Origin: an uncultured Gemmataceae bacterium
Lineage (GTDB): Bacteria > Planctomycetota > Planctomycetia > Gemmatales > Gemmataceae
Assembly: GCA_937923405.1 (NCBI GenBank)
Contig: CALDUY010000020.1
Location: forward strand, 8,777 to 72,776
DNA: 64,000 nucleotides
Direction of reading: 5' to 3'
The translations under genes and the position numbers were made by a program. The notes below the pieces were generated by a model that did no database searches, had not been told where the DNA came from, and saw only the letters and a program-made list of their open reading frames with translations. Each line of letters begins with the position of its first letter. The stretch's first letter is position 1. Below, in pieces: positions 1 through 9,034 of the stretch.

Positions 1-1050
1 AACCACCGTGCCCGGCGCGTAGGTGGTGTTCGCTTCATCCCATGGACTAGAGGTCAATTGTCGTAACCCTAGCGTCAACTTCCGCGTCTGCGGATCGAGG
101 CGTAAGATGGTGACCCGTACCTTCTGTCCCGGAGCGACAATCTCCGAAGGATCCTTGACTCGCTGCCAGCTCATCTCTCCAACGGGAAGCAGTCCGTCCA
201 CGCCGCCCAGATCGATGAACGCGCCAAACGGTTTGATCGAACGTACTACACCTTCGCGGATCTGCCCCTCGGCCAGTTCCGTCCAGAGTTTCTCCTTGCT
301 CTCCTGGCGTTCCCGTTCGAGCAAAGCTCGCCGACTGACAACCAGGTTTCGCTCCTCGCGATCGACCTCGGCGACTAGACAGCGCAAGCGCTGACCAACA
401 TAGGCAGCGAGATCCTCGACGCGGAACAACTCGATCTGACTGATCGGCATGAAACCGCGTATCCCGTTGACATCGACAGACAGCCCGCCCTTGTTCTGTT
501 CCAGCACCCGAGCCTCGACAATCATGCCAACCGCTACGCTGCTCCAGTCCGCCTCAACCGCCGCCCCCTGCCGAGTGAGGATGAGCAGGCCATCCGGATC
601 GTAGCCTTCGATTTGGACCTCGACTTCGTCACCGATCTTGGGCGGTTTGTCGCCAAACTGGTGCAGGGCGATCACTCCCTGAATGCGACCGCCGACATCG
701 ACAAACACATCCTTGCCACGGATCGACAGCACACGCCCCTTGCGAGGGCCAGCCGCCGGTTTGGGATCCTTGAGCCGACGTGATTTCTCCCCCAACAGCT
801 CCTTCATGTCCGCGCCGGAGAAGGCTTCTTGCAGTTCGCGTTCCAGCTGAGCCTCGATGTCGGCGTCGAACGCCTCGGGCTTGCTGCCGAACCCATAGGT
901 CATGTCCTCTCGTTCCAGAGACGGCACCTTATTTTCGAGCGGTTTTTGCGGACGATCTCGACGAAATCGCTGGCGTAGGCTGGGTTTGCTCGAAGGGGTA
1001 GGGGTTGCTTCGGGCGGATTTTCCGGAGTCGGCTGGTCGACGTTGCTCAT
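1..1050 (-). CDS. rpsA: 30S ribosomal protein S1, 5' part (C-terminus runs off the window start); N-terminal ~100-aa low-complexity extension followed by repeated S1 domains
   Basis: Reverse-strand translation from the ATG at 1050 gives MSNVDQPTPENPP... followed by repeated S1-domain motifs (GRVLSIRGKDVFVDVGG...GDEVEVQI; GMIVEARVLEQNKGGLSVDVNGIRGFMPISQ; GVVRSIKPFGAFIDLGGVDGLLPVGEMSW...GQKVRVTILRLD). No stop codon before position 1, which is why it is absent from the ORF track. Confidence 0.75.
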   Translation of the reverse strand, partial: MSNVDQPTPENPPEATPTPSSKPSLRQRFRRDRPQKPLENKVPSLEREDMTYGFGSKPEAFDADIEAQLERELQEAFSGADMKELLGEKSRRLKDPKPAAGPRKGRVLSIRGKDVFVDVGGRIQGVIALHQFGDKPPKIGDEVEVQIEGYDPDGLLILTRQGAAVEADWSSVAVGMIVEARVLEQNKGGLSVDVNGIRGFMPISQIELFRVEDLAAYVGQRLRCLVAEVDREERNLVVSRRALLERERQESKEKLWTELAEGQIREGVVRSIKPFGAFIDLGGVDGLLPVGEMSWQRVKDPSEIVAPGQKVRVTILRLDPQTRKLTLGLRQLTSSPWDEANTTYAPGTVV

Positions 1051-1062
1051 AATCGCTGTTCC

Positions 1063-1740
1063 TTACTTGCCGTTCTGCTTCAATTCACGGATCGTGATGT
1101 TCCGAAAATCAACCGGAGTGCCGTGATTCTGCAGACAGATGTATCCCTTGAGGGGTTTGTTTTTCAATTCGCTGATCGTGGATTGATCGACGTCGACGAT
1201 TTTAGTGCCATTGAGCGTGATGGTAATGTTCGGCCCCAGACAGCGCACTTCCAGGGAGTTCCACTCGGGAGCCGCCTTGGCTGCTTGCTCCTTGGGAGCT
1301 ACATATCGATACAACGAACCAGTCGAATGCTTGTCAGGTTTCTTGTCAGTATCGTCCATAAGCTGGATCTCATAACACGCATAAGAAGGGCGTGTGCGAA
1401 CAGGCTGCTTAGGATCGAACGGCACCGTGCGAATGCCGACGCCGCTATTGCCTCGCCTTGCCTTGGGAGAGTCCGGAGCTTGGAAACGATATTCCAGCTG
1501 AAGATGGAAGTCACTAAACTCTTGCTCTTTGTAACGGAGAAAGCCGAAGCTGCCACGCGTCACCATGCAGGAGATCATCCCCTCGCGAACTACCCAAACC
1601 GGAGCGGTTTTGTCGCCATCCTTGAATTCGCTTGGTCCCTCGACGACCCAGCCTTCGAGGTCTTTTCCATTGAACAGCGGACGAGGTGGCGGATCGGCCA
1701 ACATCAACGGTAGCCACGCCAACAGAGCAAGACAATTCAT
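1063..1740 (-). CDS. DUF1080 (3-keto-disaccharide hydrolase-like) secreted protein
   Basis: N-terminal signal peptide, then FNGKDLEGW, YEIQLMDD and QNHGTPVDFRNITI motifs typical of PF06439/DUF1080. Confidence 0.75.
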   Translation of the reverse strand: MNCLALLAWLPLMLADPPPRPLFNGKDLEGWVVEGPSEFKDGDKTAPVWVVREGMISCMVTRGSFGFLRYKEQEFSDFHLQLEYRFQAPDSPKARRGNSGVGIRTVPFDPKQPVRTRPSYACYEIQLMDDTDKKPDKHSTGSLYRYVAPKEQAAKAAPEWNSLEVRCLGPNITITLNGTKIVDVDQSTISELKNKPLKGYICLQNHGTPVDFRNITIRELKQNGK

Positions 1741-1876
1741 CGAACCCCCCTCAGCGAGTGCTAGAAACCTGTTCGCATGGTAGCGGTCAAATGGCGAACA
1801 GACAAGCAGCCCTGTTCTCGAATACTGTTGTAAGGTAGTGCGAGAACAGGGCCGCTTAGGAAGTTGAGCAGCTCAG

Positions 1877-2899
1877 TCACTTGGCGATGATGTCGGGGAT
1901 CACATTCTCGGCCTGGAGTTCCATCGGCGTGCCCTTGGGATCGCCGAGATAGCCTAGTTCTTCATGCCAGGCGAAGAAACGCACTTTGGCTCCGACAGGC
2001 ACCCCAGTGATCTCGAACGTACCCACCTCCGGTTTGGATAGATCTTCCCATTTTTTCGCTTTTAGATCGGCTCCCACGCTGGTGAGGGCGGCGTAGGGAT
2101 GATCGAAGGCGCGAATGTAGGCCATCATCCAGCCGTGAATGTTGCAGGCCACGGTGATCGGTTGCGGATCAGGATTCAATACCAGTGTCAACTTGCTGAT
2201 CGTGCCATCAGGCTGCATGGCCTGAATCAATTGCCCCTGTTCGGGATTAGCCGGACCCCCCTTGACCTTAGCATTGTGCCCCACGCGAGCATCGTTTTCG
2301 ATGATGAGTTGCTGCCCGGTCGGCTTCAAACTCCCATCCGCGGAGCGATACTTGGGAAACAGTACCACGCAATGCGGCATGAAGGTGCAGTGCGGCTGCG
2401 ACATCGTCACCGAGGTATTTTCAAACTTAGCTAATTGCTCAGGGGGGATCTCAAAGAAGTGCCCCGGTTCGGGTTGAATCCATACGAAGACGTTGCCCAG
2501 CAGTCCGTTTGTTCCAATGCGGAACTTCTGTTGCTCGCTCTCACAACTCTGCAACATCGACTGCTTGCCATCAGGACTGACTCCGGTTAGGCAGTACTTG
2601 GCGTCGGTATTCTTGCTCATGGCGTCGCGAAGGCTGGCAGTAGCCGCCGCTAAGTTTCTGTCTCCGCCTTCCCATTTGACCCGACCTTTGATGACGCCAA
2701 ATCCCTTGCCCGTCACAGGTTTGAGGGTCACTGCCGGACCCGTTGATCGCTTGCGCCCCGCTTTGCGAGCAGCGATGGCGTCCAGATCGATGTCGTCGTC
2801 TTCGTCGCGAGGCGTGCTGCTGCCGCAACCGAGCAGAAGCAGTGACAACAAACTGACAAGGAGGGAGGTGGACAGCAAGCCCAGGAGAGTGGATCGCAT
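1877..2899 (-). CDS. Cupredoxin (amicyanin-like type-1 copper) lipoprotein with C-terminal carboxypeptidase-regulatory-like beta domain
   Basis: Lipobox LLLGC after internal Met (ORF extends to 2935). His (VGHNAKV) lies 44 residues before C-N-I-H-G-W-M (C-x2-H-x2-M, the amicyanin copper ligand spacing). C-terminal GTFEITGVPVGAKVRF resembles the CarboxypepD_reg fold. Paralog of the next gene. Confidence 0.5.
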   Translation of the reverse strand: MRSTLLGLLSTSLLVSLLSLLLLGCGSSTPRDEDDDIDLDAIAARKAGRKRSTGPAVTLKPVTGKGFGVIKGRVKWEGGDRNLAAATASLRDAMSKNTDAKYCLTGVSPDGKQSMLQSCESEQQKFRIGTNGLLGNVFVWIQPEPGHFFEIPPEQLAKFENTSVTMSQPHCTFMPHCVVLFPKYRSADGSLKPTGQQLIIENDARVGHNAKVKGGPANPEQGQLIQAMQPDGTISKLTLVLNPDPQPITVACNIHGWMMAYIRAFDHPYAALTSVGADLKAKKWEDLSKPEVGTFEITGVPVGAKVRFFAWHEELGYLGDPKGTPMELQAENVIPDIIAK

Positions 2900-2968
2900 G
2901 AGAGCAACCTTACTAAAGAGAGAGTCGCGAAGCACGAAATTTCGTGTTCGCGACTCAGTACGTTCAAG

Positions 2969-3748
2969 TTAGTCTTTGGTCAACGTGATCTTGCCAAGAT
3001 CGGTGGTTTCGCCGTTCTTGATGGTGATGATCTTACCGCGATTGATGGGATTCTTGGGATCGCGAACGACCCAGCCCACCGCCTCTTGCCAGAGCATCAG
3101 TCGGAACGTCCCAGCAGGAGCGTTCTTGATCTCGAACTCGCCGTTCTCATTAGTGACGGCAAAATATGGATGTGGAAAGGAGCCGATCCAGCCCTTCATC
3201 CAGCCGTGGATGCTGCATGTGTACATCGTCGGCAATGCCTTGGGGAGGAAGCCATCGACGACAGCTTGTCCCTTGGCCGGAATCAGTGGGTTTTGCACCG
3301 GGCCACCGCCGATGGAGTCGATCTTGAAGTTATGCGGAATCGGCGCAGAGTTCTTCACGACCAGCTTTTGCCCAACTTGCAGACCGATCACGCGCGGCTC
3401 GAAGACGCAGCAGGGTTGGTCAATTTCCACGGTCTTGGGAGGGTCCTTCAGGGAAGGATGGATCGGTGGAACGAATTTCGCGTTGCGAGCATCCTTGGGA
3501 TCGGCCAGCCACACCAGCACCCAGCGAACTCCGTTATTCTTGGGATTGACAACCAGTTCATCCTTGTAAATGTCGCCTTTGGAGAGACAATGGGCGGTGT
3601 CTTTATCGACGTTGGCCTTCTCGCGTTCGGGAGCCTTGCCGGCAAAGACCACTTGTCCTTTAACGGTGCCCCATCCTTGGGCGCTAGCGGAACTGGCCAG
3701 CAATCCCGCTAGACAGACAACCAACGCTGTGCTTCGTGTGAGACTCAT
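2969..3748 (-). CDS. Cupredoxin (amicyanin/plastocyanin-like) secreted protein with C-terminal carboxypeptidase-regulatory-like domain
   Basis: Signal peptide (ASSASA|QG). PIPHNF (compare plastocyanin FPHNIVF) lies 39 residues before C-S-I-H-G-W-M, identical to the amicyanin His53-Cys92 spacing and C-x2-H-x2-M pattern. C-terminal ENGEFEIKNAPAGTFRL is CarboxypepD_reg-like. Confidence 0.55.
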   Translation of the reverse strand: MSLTRSTALVVCLAGLLASSASAQGWGTVKGQVVFAGKAPEREKANVDKDTAHCLSKGDIYKDELVVNPKNNGVRWVLVWLADPKDARNAKFVPPIHPSLKDPPKTVEIDQPCCVFEPRVIGLQVGQKLVVKNSAPIPHNFKIDSIGGGPVQNPLIPAKGQAVVDGFLPKALPTMYTCSIHGWMKGWIGSFPHPYFAVTNENGEFEIKNAPAGTFRLMLWQEAVGWVVRDPKNPINRGKIITIKNGETTDLGKITLTKD

Positions 3749-6700
3749 TTCTTATCTCCGGTAGCGGCCGCCGGGGGTGGGATGGTAGGCGGGCTGGTGG
3801 TCAGCAGGTCGGTTAGCCTCGGCAGGTCCATGATGAGATCCCGGACGGCCTTCGTTTGCTGCAGTGGCGAACCGACGAACGCCTCCTGGAACTCCCATTT
3901 TAGCGGATCCGCCTCATACGGGAAGTTCTGTGGCATGACCGGACTGTAGGGGAACATACGCACGGGTTGAGCGACCCACTGCTCCACCCATTCCGGTCGG
4001 AGACGTTCACTGGCCAAGGCCAGGTTCGGCCCCTGCGCCCCGGTGATCTGCACAGGGCCAATCGAGTGGCACGTCAGACACAATGACTTGTGCGTCAACA
4101 AGTTGTAAGCCTGGCGCGAGTACAGATCCTTGACCTTGGAATGGTTCGGCACCTTCTGATTGGCTGCCAGCCCTTCCTCGATCAGCTTGATCCGCGCCTG
4201 CCATTGTTTGGCCTTCTCCGGATCGACGTCGGGCTTGCCGACCTCGTCTTTGGCTTGCTTGAGCAGAGCTTGGACACTTTGTTCGTGCTGCGTGATCGAG
4301 TGACGCCAGTATTCTGGATCACGCTGAGGAATGTAGACGAACGGTGACGTCACGCCTGCCCCGGGGTTGCCCATTTTCGAGACCGCCGTGAAGTAGTTCA
4401 CCAAGGCCCGGGCATCCTCGGGACTGAGATTAAACTTCGGCATGCGGAGCAGCAAACCCGCCGACGACTCGGGATATTGCGGACGTACCGGATGCGGATT
4501 GAGTAAGAACTTGTACAACCAGTCCGGCTGCACCCGTTCGCCCTCACGCAACAGAGGCGGCGGCAGTACCGTCCGCGATTTCGCCGGATCCGCAGGCGGG
4601 AACTTGGTGCTGTCCTTCTTGTTCAGATAGGGAACCATCAGGTCAGTCCAGGTACCGCCAAACGGTGCCGTCTCCCGATATGTGCCTGGTCGCAGGTAGA
4701 CATTTGTCCCTTCGCGAAGATCCCGCATCACCTTATCCGGACCAGCGAAGCGTAGGGCCTCGGCGAGTCGAATCACCTCGACCCCTTCTAGTCCCTCAAC
4801 TTCCTGCACGTTTTGAGTCGCCAGGCTGTCGCGATAGCCATAAGCCCGGAGTAGATCCGAGGTCGGATTCGTCCCAAACCAGGCATTGTGTCCCTGGAAG
4901 ACGTGATCCTTGGCATAATTCACCGCCTGTTCGGTATACGACCGCGTCAATAGCGACATGACCTCGGGCGAGCGGCTGTCGAACTCGAACACACCGGGAC
5001 GGATTTGATGACAGCCGGCACAGTTAAACTTGTCCAGCACTTGTCGTCCGATGATCTCGGCCTGTTTCTCGGGCGTCGGTTTGTGCAGATACTGGGCGGG
5101 CATCGGTTCGGCGACCAGTCCGAGGATGAAGGTCATTACCGCCTCGCGAGCCTCCGCCTCTTCCTTCTCCAGTCGGATAGCGTAGGCCGTGTCCGATTCG
5201 CCGGCTTTCTGCCGCGATCGAGCAAATTTGAACTGCGGCATGCGGAGCCGATCATCCCAGGGCCGCATCCGGTTGTAGTCGTAGCTACGCGGCTCAAAGA
5301 GTTTCAGATGCAAGAACCCTTCGCGCTGATGATGCTCCAGAGCATGATAGAACGCTTCTTCGAACGGCGGTTTATTCTCGCCATTGGCCCCACGAAGGGA
5401 CTCGAAGAATTTAAGTTTTTTTAGCCCGTGTAACTCCTTTTGCTCCTTGCTGGTCAGCCCCTGCTCGATCGCTTTTCGCTCCAGTTCATCGATGCGAGCC
5501 TGCTCCTTGATCTGCTTTTGGAGCTTCTCCAACTCGGCATCTTCCGCCTTAGATCGGGCTTCACCCTTTTCTTCCAACTCCTTGATGCGGGCTTCGATCT
5601 CCGTGCGGGTTTTGCGCGTGGGCACGATGTTGAAATGGGTTCGGACGAAGGCTTCGGCATCCTCGAAGGCAAGTTTATCACCCTCCTTGACTCCCCAATC
5701 ATTCAACGCGACGCCAATCGGTTTGGCTGTCTCGAAGCCGGGGATGTCATGGCAAGCATAGCAGCCGAGCCGACCGATGGCCTTGCGACCGATGTACCAC
5801 TTCAGGCGATCCTCGGTGACCTGTCCCTCGGCTAGGGCGCGTTCATCGGCATCGCGCGAGAAGGTGGCGAGTTTGTCAGCGGGAATGCCAGGCATCGTAG
5901 TACCGTCGGCAGGCAAGAAGCGATCCAACTCGGTGACCGTGACTCCTGGAGCCTTGCCCAGATAGACCCGCGCCAGTTCGACATAGGTCTTAAGATCTGG
6001 TCGAGCCGGATCCGTCGCCTTGCCTTGCCAGCCAGTCTTCTGACTCAACAGCCAAGCGGCTAGGTCGTTAGCTTCAGTGGGCGTCAGGTGAGTGATCGGC
6101 ATGCGCGTGCGTGGATGGTAGATGTTGGGATTCATCAGCCACTGAACCAGCCACAATCGCCCCTGTTCGCCACTGCCCAGCTTGTCGGCGATGCGGCTCA
6201 ATTCAGGACCGAAGTTGGCCTCGCTGGGCACGCTGGATTTCTCATGAGCGTGACAGGCTTGACAGCCCTTTTCCGTGAACAACTCCAATCCCTTGGCGGG
6301 ATCCCCCGACTTCTCAGGCAGCGTGATCTTGTCGCCATCCTCGTTGATGAGATTGTCCTTGGTCAACGGCACTGGCTTGCCCGCTTCGATGAGGGAAGCG
6401 GTCACGGCTTCCAACTCCAGCGCGGTTTGTTTGAGGTCTTTGAGTTGCTCCAGCTCGCGGGTTTCCTCCGGGCTACGCGACGGCACCGCTTCCAACTCCT
6501 TGACGCGAACCTCCAGTGAGATCAGGAAGTCTTTCGTCGATCGCTCCTGTTGAGCTTGGATCGCCTTCAGTTGCTTCAGCTCTGCTTCTTCTGCTGGAGT
6601 GCGCTTCTCGTTCTTCTCTAGCGTGGCAAGGCGTTTGGCCACCGAACCGCGAATCTCGTCGGTCAGTCCACCCCGCTTGTGCAACTCGAGGAGACGATCC

Positions 6701-9024
6701 TGCAAGGCTCGCTGGGTGGCGGCAGCACTGTTGATCCGTGAGGCATTCCGGGGCGCAGACAACAGCGCTAGATCCGAGAAGCGCTTACTGACGTCGAACA
6801 ACGTCTTCTGGTCACGGTCGTTAAGCCCTGTCTCGATTAACTGTTGCTGCAACTGATGCAAGTTTTGTTTGCCCTTGAGCAACGACTCACGGTAGGAATC
6901 CTTGCCCTGAAGAGCTTTCTTACTTTCCTCGATGAGATAGTGGCTAATCGCGTGCATTTCCGCCGCGGGGAAGTTCTCCTGTCCAGGCGCATGCTTGGCG
7001 AGGAACTCCTTATTGTTCGTACTGAGATCGTAAAAGTGCGGCATACGCGTGTCAGGGCGGAACCCGCGTGGATCCAGAATCCATTGCACGGTCCAATCGA
7101 GGTTGACCTTCTCGGAAAGCCGCCGCAGACTCGGCCCGACCTTGCGATAGGTGCCCGGTGGATTGGCCGAGTCGGCCTTGAGCTTCTCCTGCTCGCTGGG
7201 GCTGAGCCATTCCAGAGCTGGGGCCGGTTCCAGTCGCATATCGGGACCGACCGGACGCCCACTCTTCAGGCCGTGAATTTCGTGGCAGCCGAAGCACCCA
7301 TTCTCTCGTACCAGTTGGTAGCCTTTGAGCAACTTTGGGGCTTCTTCCTTGCCACCCTCCCGGACTAGGTCCGTGATCTCATGATGACATTTCAGACACG
7401 ATGACTCGATAAAGCGATTGGCGAGCATCGGGAAGTCCCAGTAATGGCTGGGATGGTAGTGGTAATCCTTCTTCCACTGCTGGTATTCCAGATAGTCGTT
7501 CGGGGTGTGCGAGGCGTTGTTGAACTCGGTAGCACTTCCCTGTCCGGCGTGGCAGATGGTGCAGCCGAATTTCTCGCTGGGATGCGGACTATTTGAGTCG
7601 ACGAACAAATCGAGACGCGGATGGGCCGCGTATTGCTTAATCTCCGCCTCGGTCAAAGCGATCGATTTGACTTTGGTGACTCGCGGCGAAAACCAAGCCA
7701 GCGTAGTCGTCGTCGCTAGGGTCAGCACTAGGCCAGCGAAAAGAGTCAGCACGCCAAGACGCAGGGACTGTTGCAGCACACCCAAGGACAACGCGGCGAT
7801 GAGAACGCAACCGGCGAGAATCAAAGCGATGACACCGAGATTCCCCTGTCGCTCACCTGGGAGATCGTTGGGATCGAACCCGAGGTTCTCCCCAGCGCGA
7901 GCACGCTTACTCAGCTCCTCTTTGGCCTGAACCAACTTCGTGGTCAGTCGACTGCTCTCTTTTTCATCACCAAGCTTGGCGAGCATCTCCTTGGTGTAGG
8001 TGCCCTTTTCGATGCCGAGATGGCAGGTCGTGCAACGATCGAAGCGCGGCACATCGCGGAATCCGCCGTAGTCGATGGTCAGATCCGGCAGCCAGATCTG
8101 GTTGATTTTGATCGGCGACTCGAAGCCGTCGATGATCGGCAGAGCGCGGAAGGTATCGGCGGTAGTCCAGGCTTTCTGAGCGGCCAGTTTGGCGAAGCGA
8201 TCGGATACCGCCGTCAGAGCTTTCATTTCCTCTTCGCGGGTGGCCAACAGTCGCTCAGCAGCGGCGAGCGGTTCGCGCAGCTCACGTCGCATTGTGGCTT
8301 CGATCTCGTCGAGTTTGATCTTGGCCGCCGTCAGACGCTCGCGGAGCTTGCGTACTTCCTCGGCGATTTTGTCGGCACGCTTCTTGTAGTTGGCGTAACT
8401 GGAACTTTCCAGCGGATACTTGCCGGCGGTATCGATCTCAATGTTGTAAAGACTTTCCTGAGAGTCCAGATCAGCCTTGATGGTGCGATAATTGGCATCC
8501 GCGGCATCGAACTCAGCGCGAAGTTTTCGCTCTTTGGCCTCAAACTGAGCGATGGCCTCAGACAACTTTCGCTTGGCCTCGGCTCCCTCGCTGGTGTCGC
8601 GCGTTTCCGGCGCACGAGTTAATCGTCGCAGCTGGGCAACCTCCTCGGCATTGCCCAGGATCGCCGCTGCTTTGGCATCCTCAACGCCTTCACGAGCGCG
8701 ACGTAGGGCCACTCGCCGCTGAGTCAGCGATTCCGAGTCGGGAAGCCTATCGACCAACTCGCGTTCCGCCATCGTGGCTTCGACGTCGCGGAATTTCCGC
8801 TGAACCGTCTTGAAGGAACGGTTGTAGTCCTGAACAAACATCCAAACCGTCGTCAGAAGCATCAAGCCGCACGAGACGGCGAAGACGACGTCTAGAGTCT
8901 TCTGACTGCGATAATGTTGGTCGGTGGCGGCCATAGCGACCTCAAGAAGGATAGATAAATGATGGATGAAGGAGGAATCCGGAGGAAATGAGGCGGCGGT
9001 GACTCCGCCTGTTTCCTCCCTCAT
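3745..9024 (-). CDS. Giant membrane-anchored octaheme c-type cytochrome with long coiled-coil segments (cytochrome c subunit of the Rieske/cyt b complex)
   Basis: 1759-aa ORF with 8 CxxCH motifs (CTTCH, CTICH, CLKCH, CFGCH, CQACH, CYACH, CAGCH, CLTCH), four R/T-MP-x-F motifs (RMPHF, RMPITHL, RMPQF, RMPKF), 2-3 predicted TM helices near the N-terminus and E/K/A/L-rich coiled-coil stretches. Alternative start at the internal Met (MAATDQ..., near 8933) is possible. Confidence 0.7.
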   Translation of the reverse strand: MREETGGVTAASFPPDSSFIHHLSILLEVAMAATDQHYRSQKTLDVVFAVSCGLMLLTTVWMFVQDYNRSFKTVQRKFRDVEATMAERELVDRLPDSESLTQRRVALRRAREGVEDAKAAAILGNAEEVAQLRRLTRAPETRDTSEGAEAKRKLSEAIAQFEAKERKLRAEFDAADANYRTIKADLDSQESLYNIEIDTAGKYPLESSSYANYKKRADKIAEEVRKLRERLTAAKIKLDEIEATMRRELREPLAAAERLLATREEEMKALTAVSDRFAKLAAQKAWTTADTFRALPIIDGFESPIKINQIWLPDLTIDYGGFRDVPRFDRCTTCHLGIEKGTYTKEMLAKLGDEKESSRLTTKLVQAKEELSKRARAGENLGFDPNDLPGERQGNLGVIALILAGCVLIAALSLGVLQQSLRLGVLTLFAGLVLTLATTTTLAWFSPRVTKVKSIALTEAEIKQYAAHPRLDLFVDSNSPHPSEKFGCTICHAGQGSATEFNNASHTPNDYLEYQQWKKDYHYHPSHYWDFPMLANRFIESSCLKCHHEITDLVREGGKEEAPKLLKGYQLVRENGCFGCHEIHGLKSGRPVGPDMRLEPAPALEWLSPSEQEKLKADSANPPGTYRKVGPSLRRLSEKVNLDWTVQWILDPRGFRPDTRMPHFYDLSTNNKEFLAKHAPGQENFPAAEMHAISHYLIEESKKALQGKDSYRESLLKGKQNLHQLQQQLIETGLNDRDQKTLFDVSKRFSDLALLSAPRNASRINSAAATQRALQDRLLELHKRGGLTDEIRGSVAKRLATLEKNEKRTPAEEAELKQLKAIQAQQERSTKDFLISLEVRVKELEAVPSRSPEETRELEQLKDLKQTALELEAVTASLIEAGKPVPLTKDNLINEDGDKITLPEKSGDPAKGLELFTEKGCQACHAHEKSSVPSEANFGPELSRIADKLGSGEQGRLWLVQWLMNPNIYHPRTRMPITHLTPTEANDLAAWLLSQKTGWQGKATDPARPDLKTYVELARVYLGKAPGVTVTELDRFLPADGTTMPGIPADKLATFSRDADERALAEGQVTEDRLKWYIGRKAIGRLGCYACHDIPGFETAKPIGVALNDWGVKEGDKLAFEDAEAFVRTHFNIVPTRKTRTEIEARIKELEEKGEARSKAEDAELEKLQKQIKEQARIDELERKAIEQGLTSKEQKELHGLKKLKFFESLRGANGENKPPFEEAFYHALEHHQREGFLHLKLFEPRSYDYNRMRPWDDRLRMPQFKFARSRQKAGESDTAYAIRLEKEEAEAREAVMTFILGLVAEPMPAQYLHKPTPEKQAEIIGRQVLDKFNCAGCHQIRPGVFEFDSRSPEVMSLLTRSYTEQAVNYAKDHVFQGHNAWFGTNPTSDLLRAYGYRDSLATQNVQEVEGLEGVEVIRLAEALRFAGPDKVMRDLREGTNVYLRPGTYRETAPFGGTWTDLMVPYLNKKDSTKFPPADPAKSRTVLPPPLLREGERVQPDWLYKFLLNPHPVRPQYPESSAGLLLRMPKFNLSPEDARALVNYFTAVSKMGNPGAGVTSPFVYIPQRDPEYWRHSITQHEQSVQALLKQAKDEVGKPDVDPEKAKQWQARIKLIEEGLAANQKVPNHSKVKDLYSRQAYNLLTHKSLCLTCHSIGPVQITGAQGPNLALASERLRPEWVEQWVAQPVRMFPYSPVMPQNFPYEADPLKWEFQEAFVGSPLQQTKAVRDLIMDLPRLTDLLTTSPPTIPPPAAATGDKK

Positions 9025-9034
9025 CCCAGTCCAA

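Noticed and set aside
23-394. 123-aa plus-strand ORF at the window start
   Set aside because: Antisense to the rpsA coding frame, which shows repeated S1 domains. Ser/Arg-rich junk composition.
3086-3712. 208-aa plus-strand ORF antisense to the cupredoxin gene
   Set aside because: Overlaps a well-supported minus-strand gene. R/A/G-rich composition typical of wrong-frame ORFs in high-GC DNA. No motifs.
7771-8622. 283-aa plus-strand ORF inside the giant cytochrome gene
   Set aside because: Antisense to the CxxCH-bearing frame. Low-complexity G/R/L composition. No start context.
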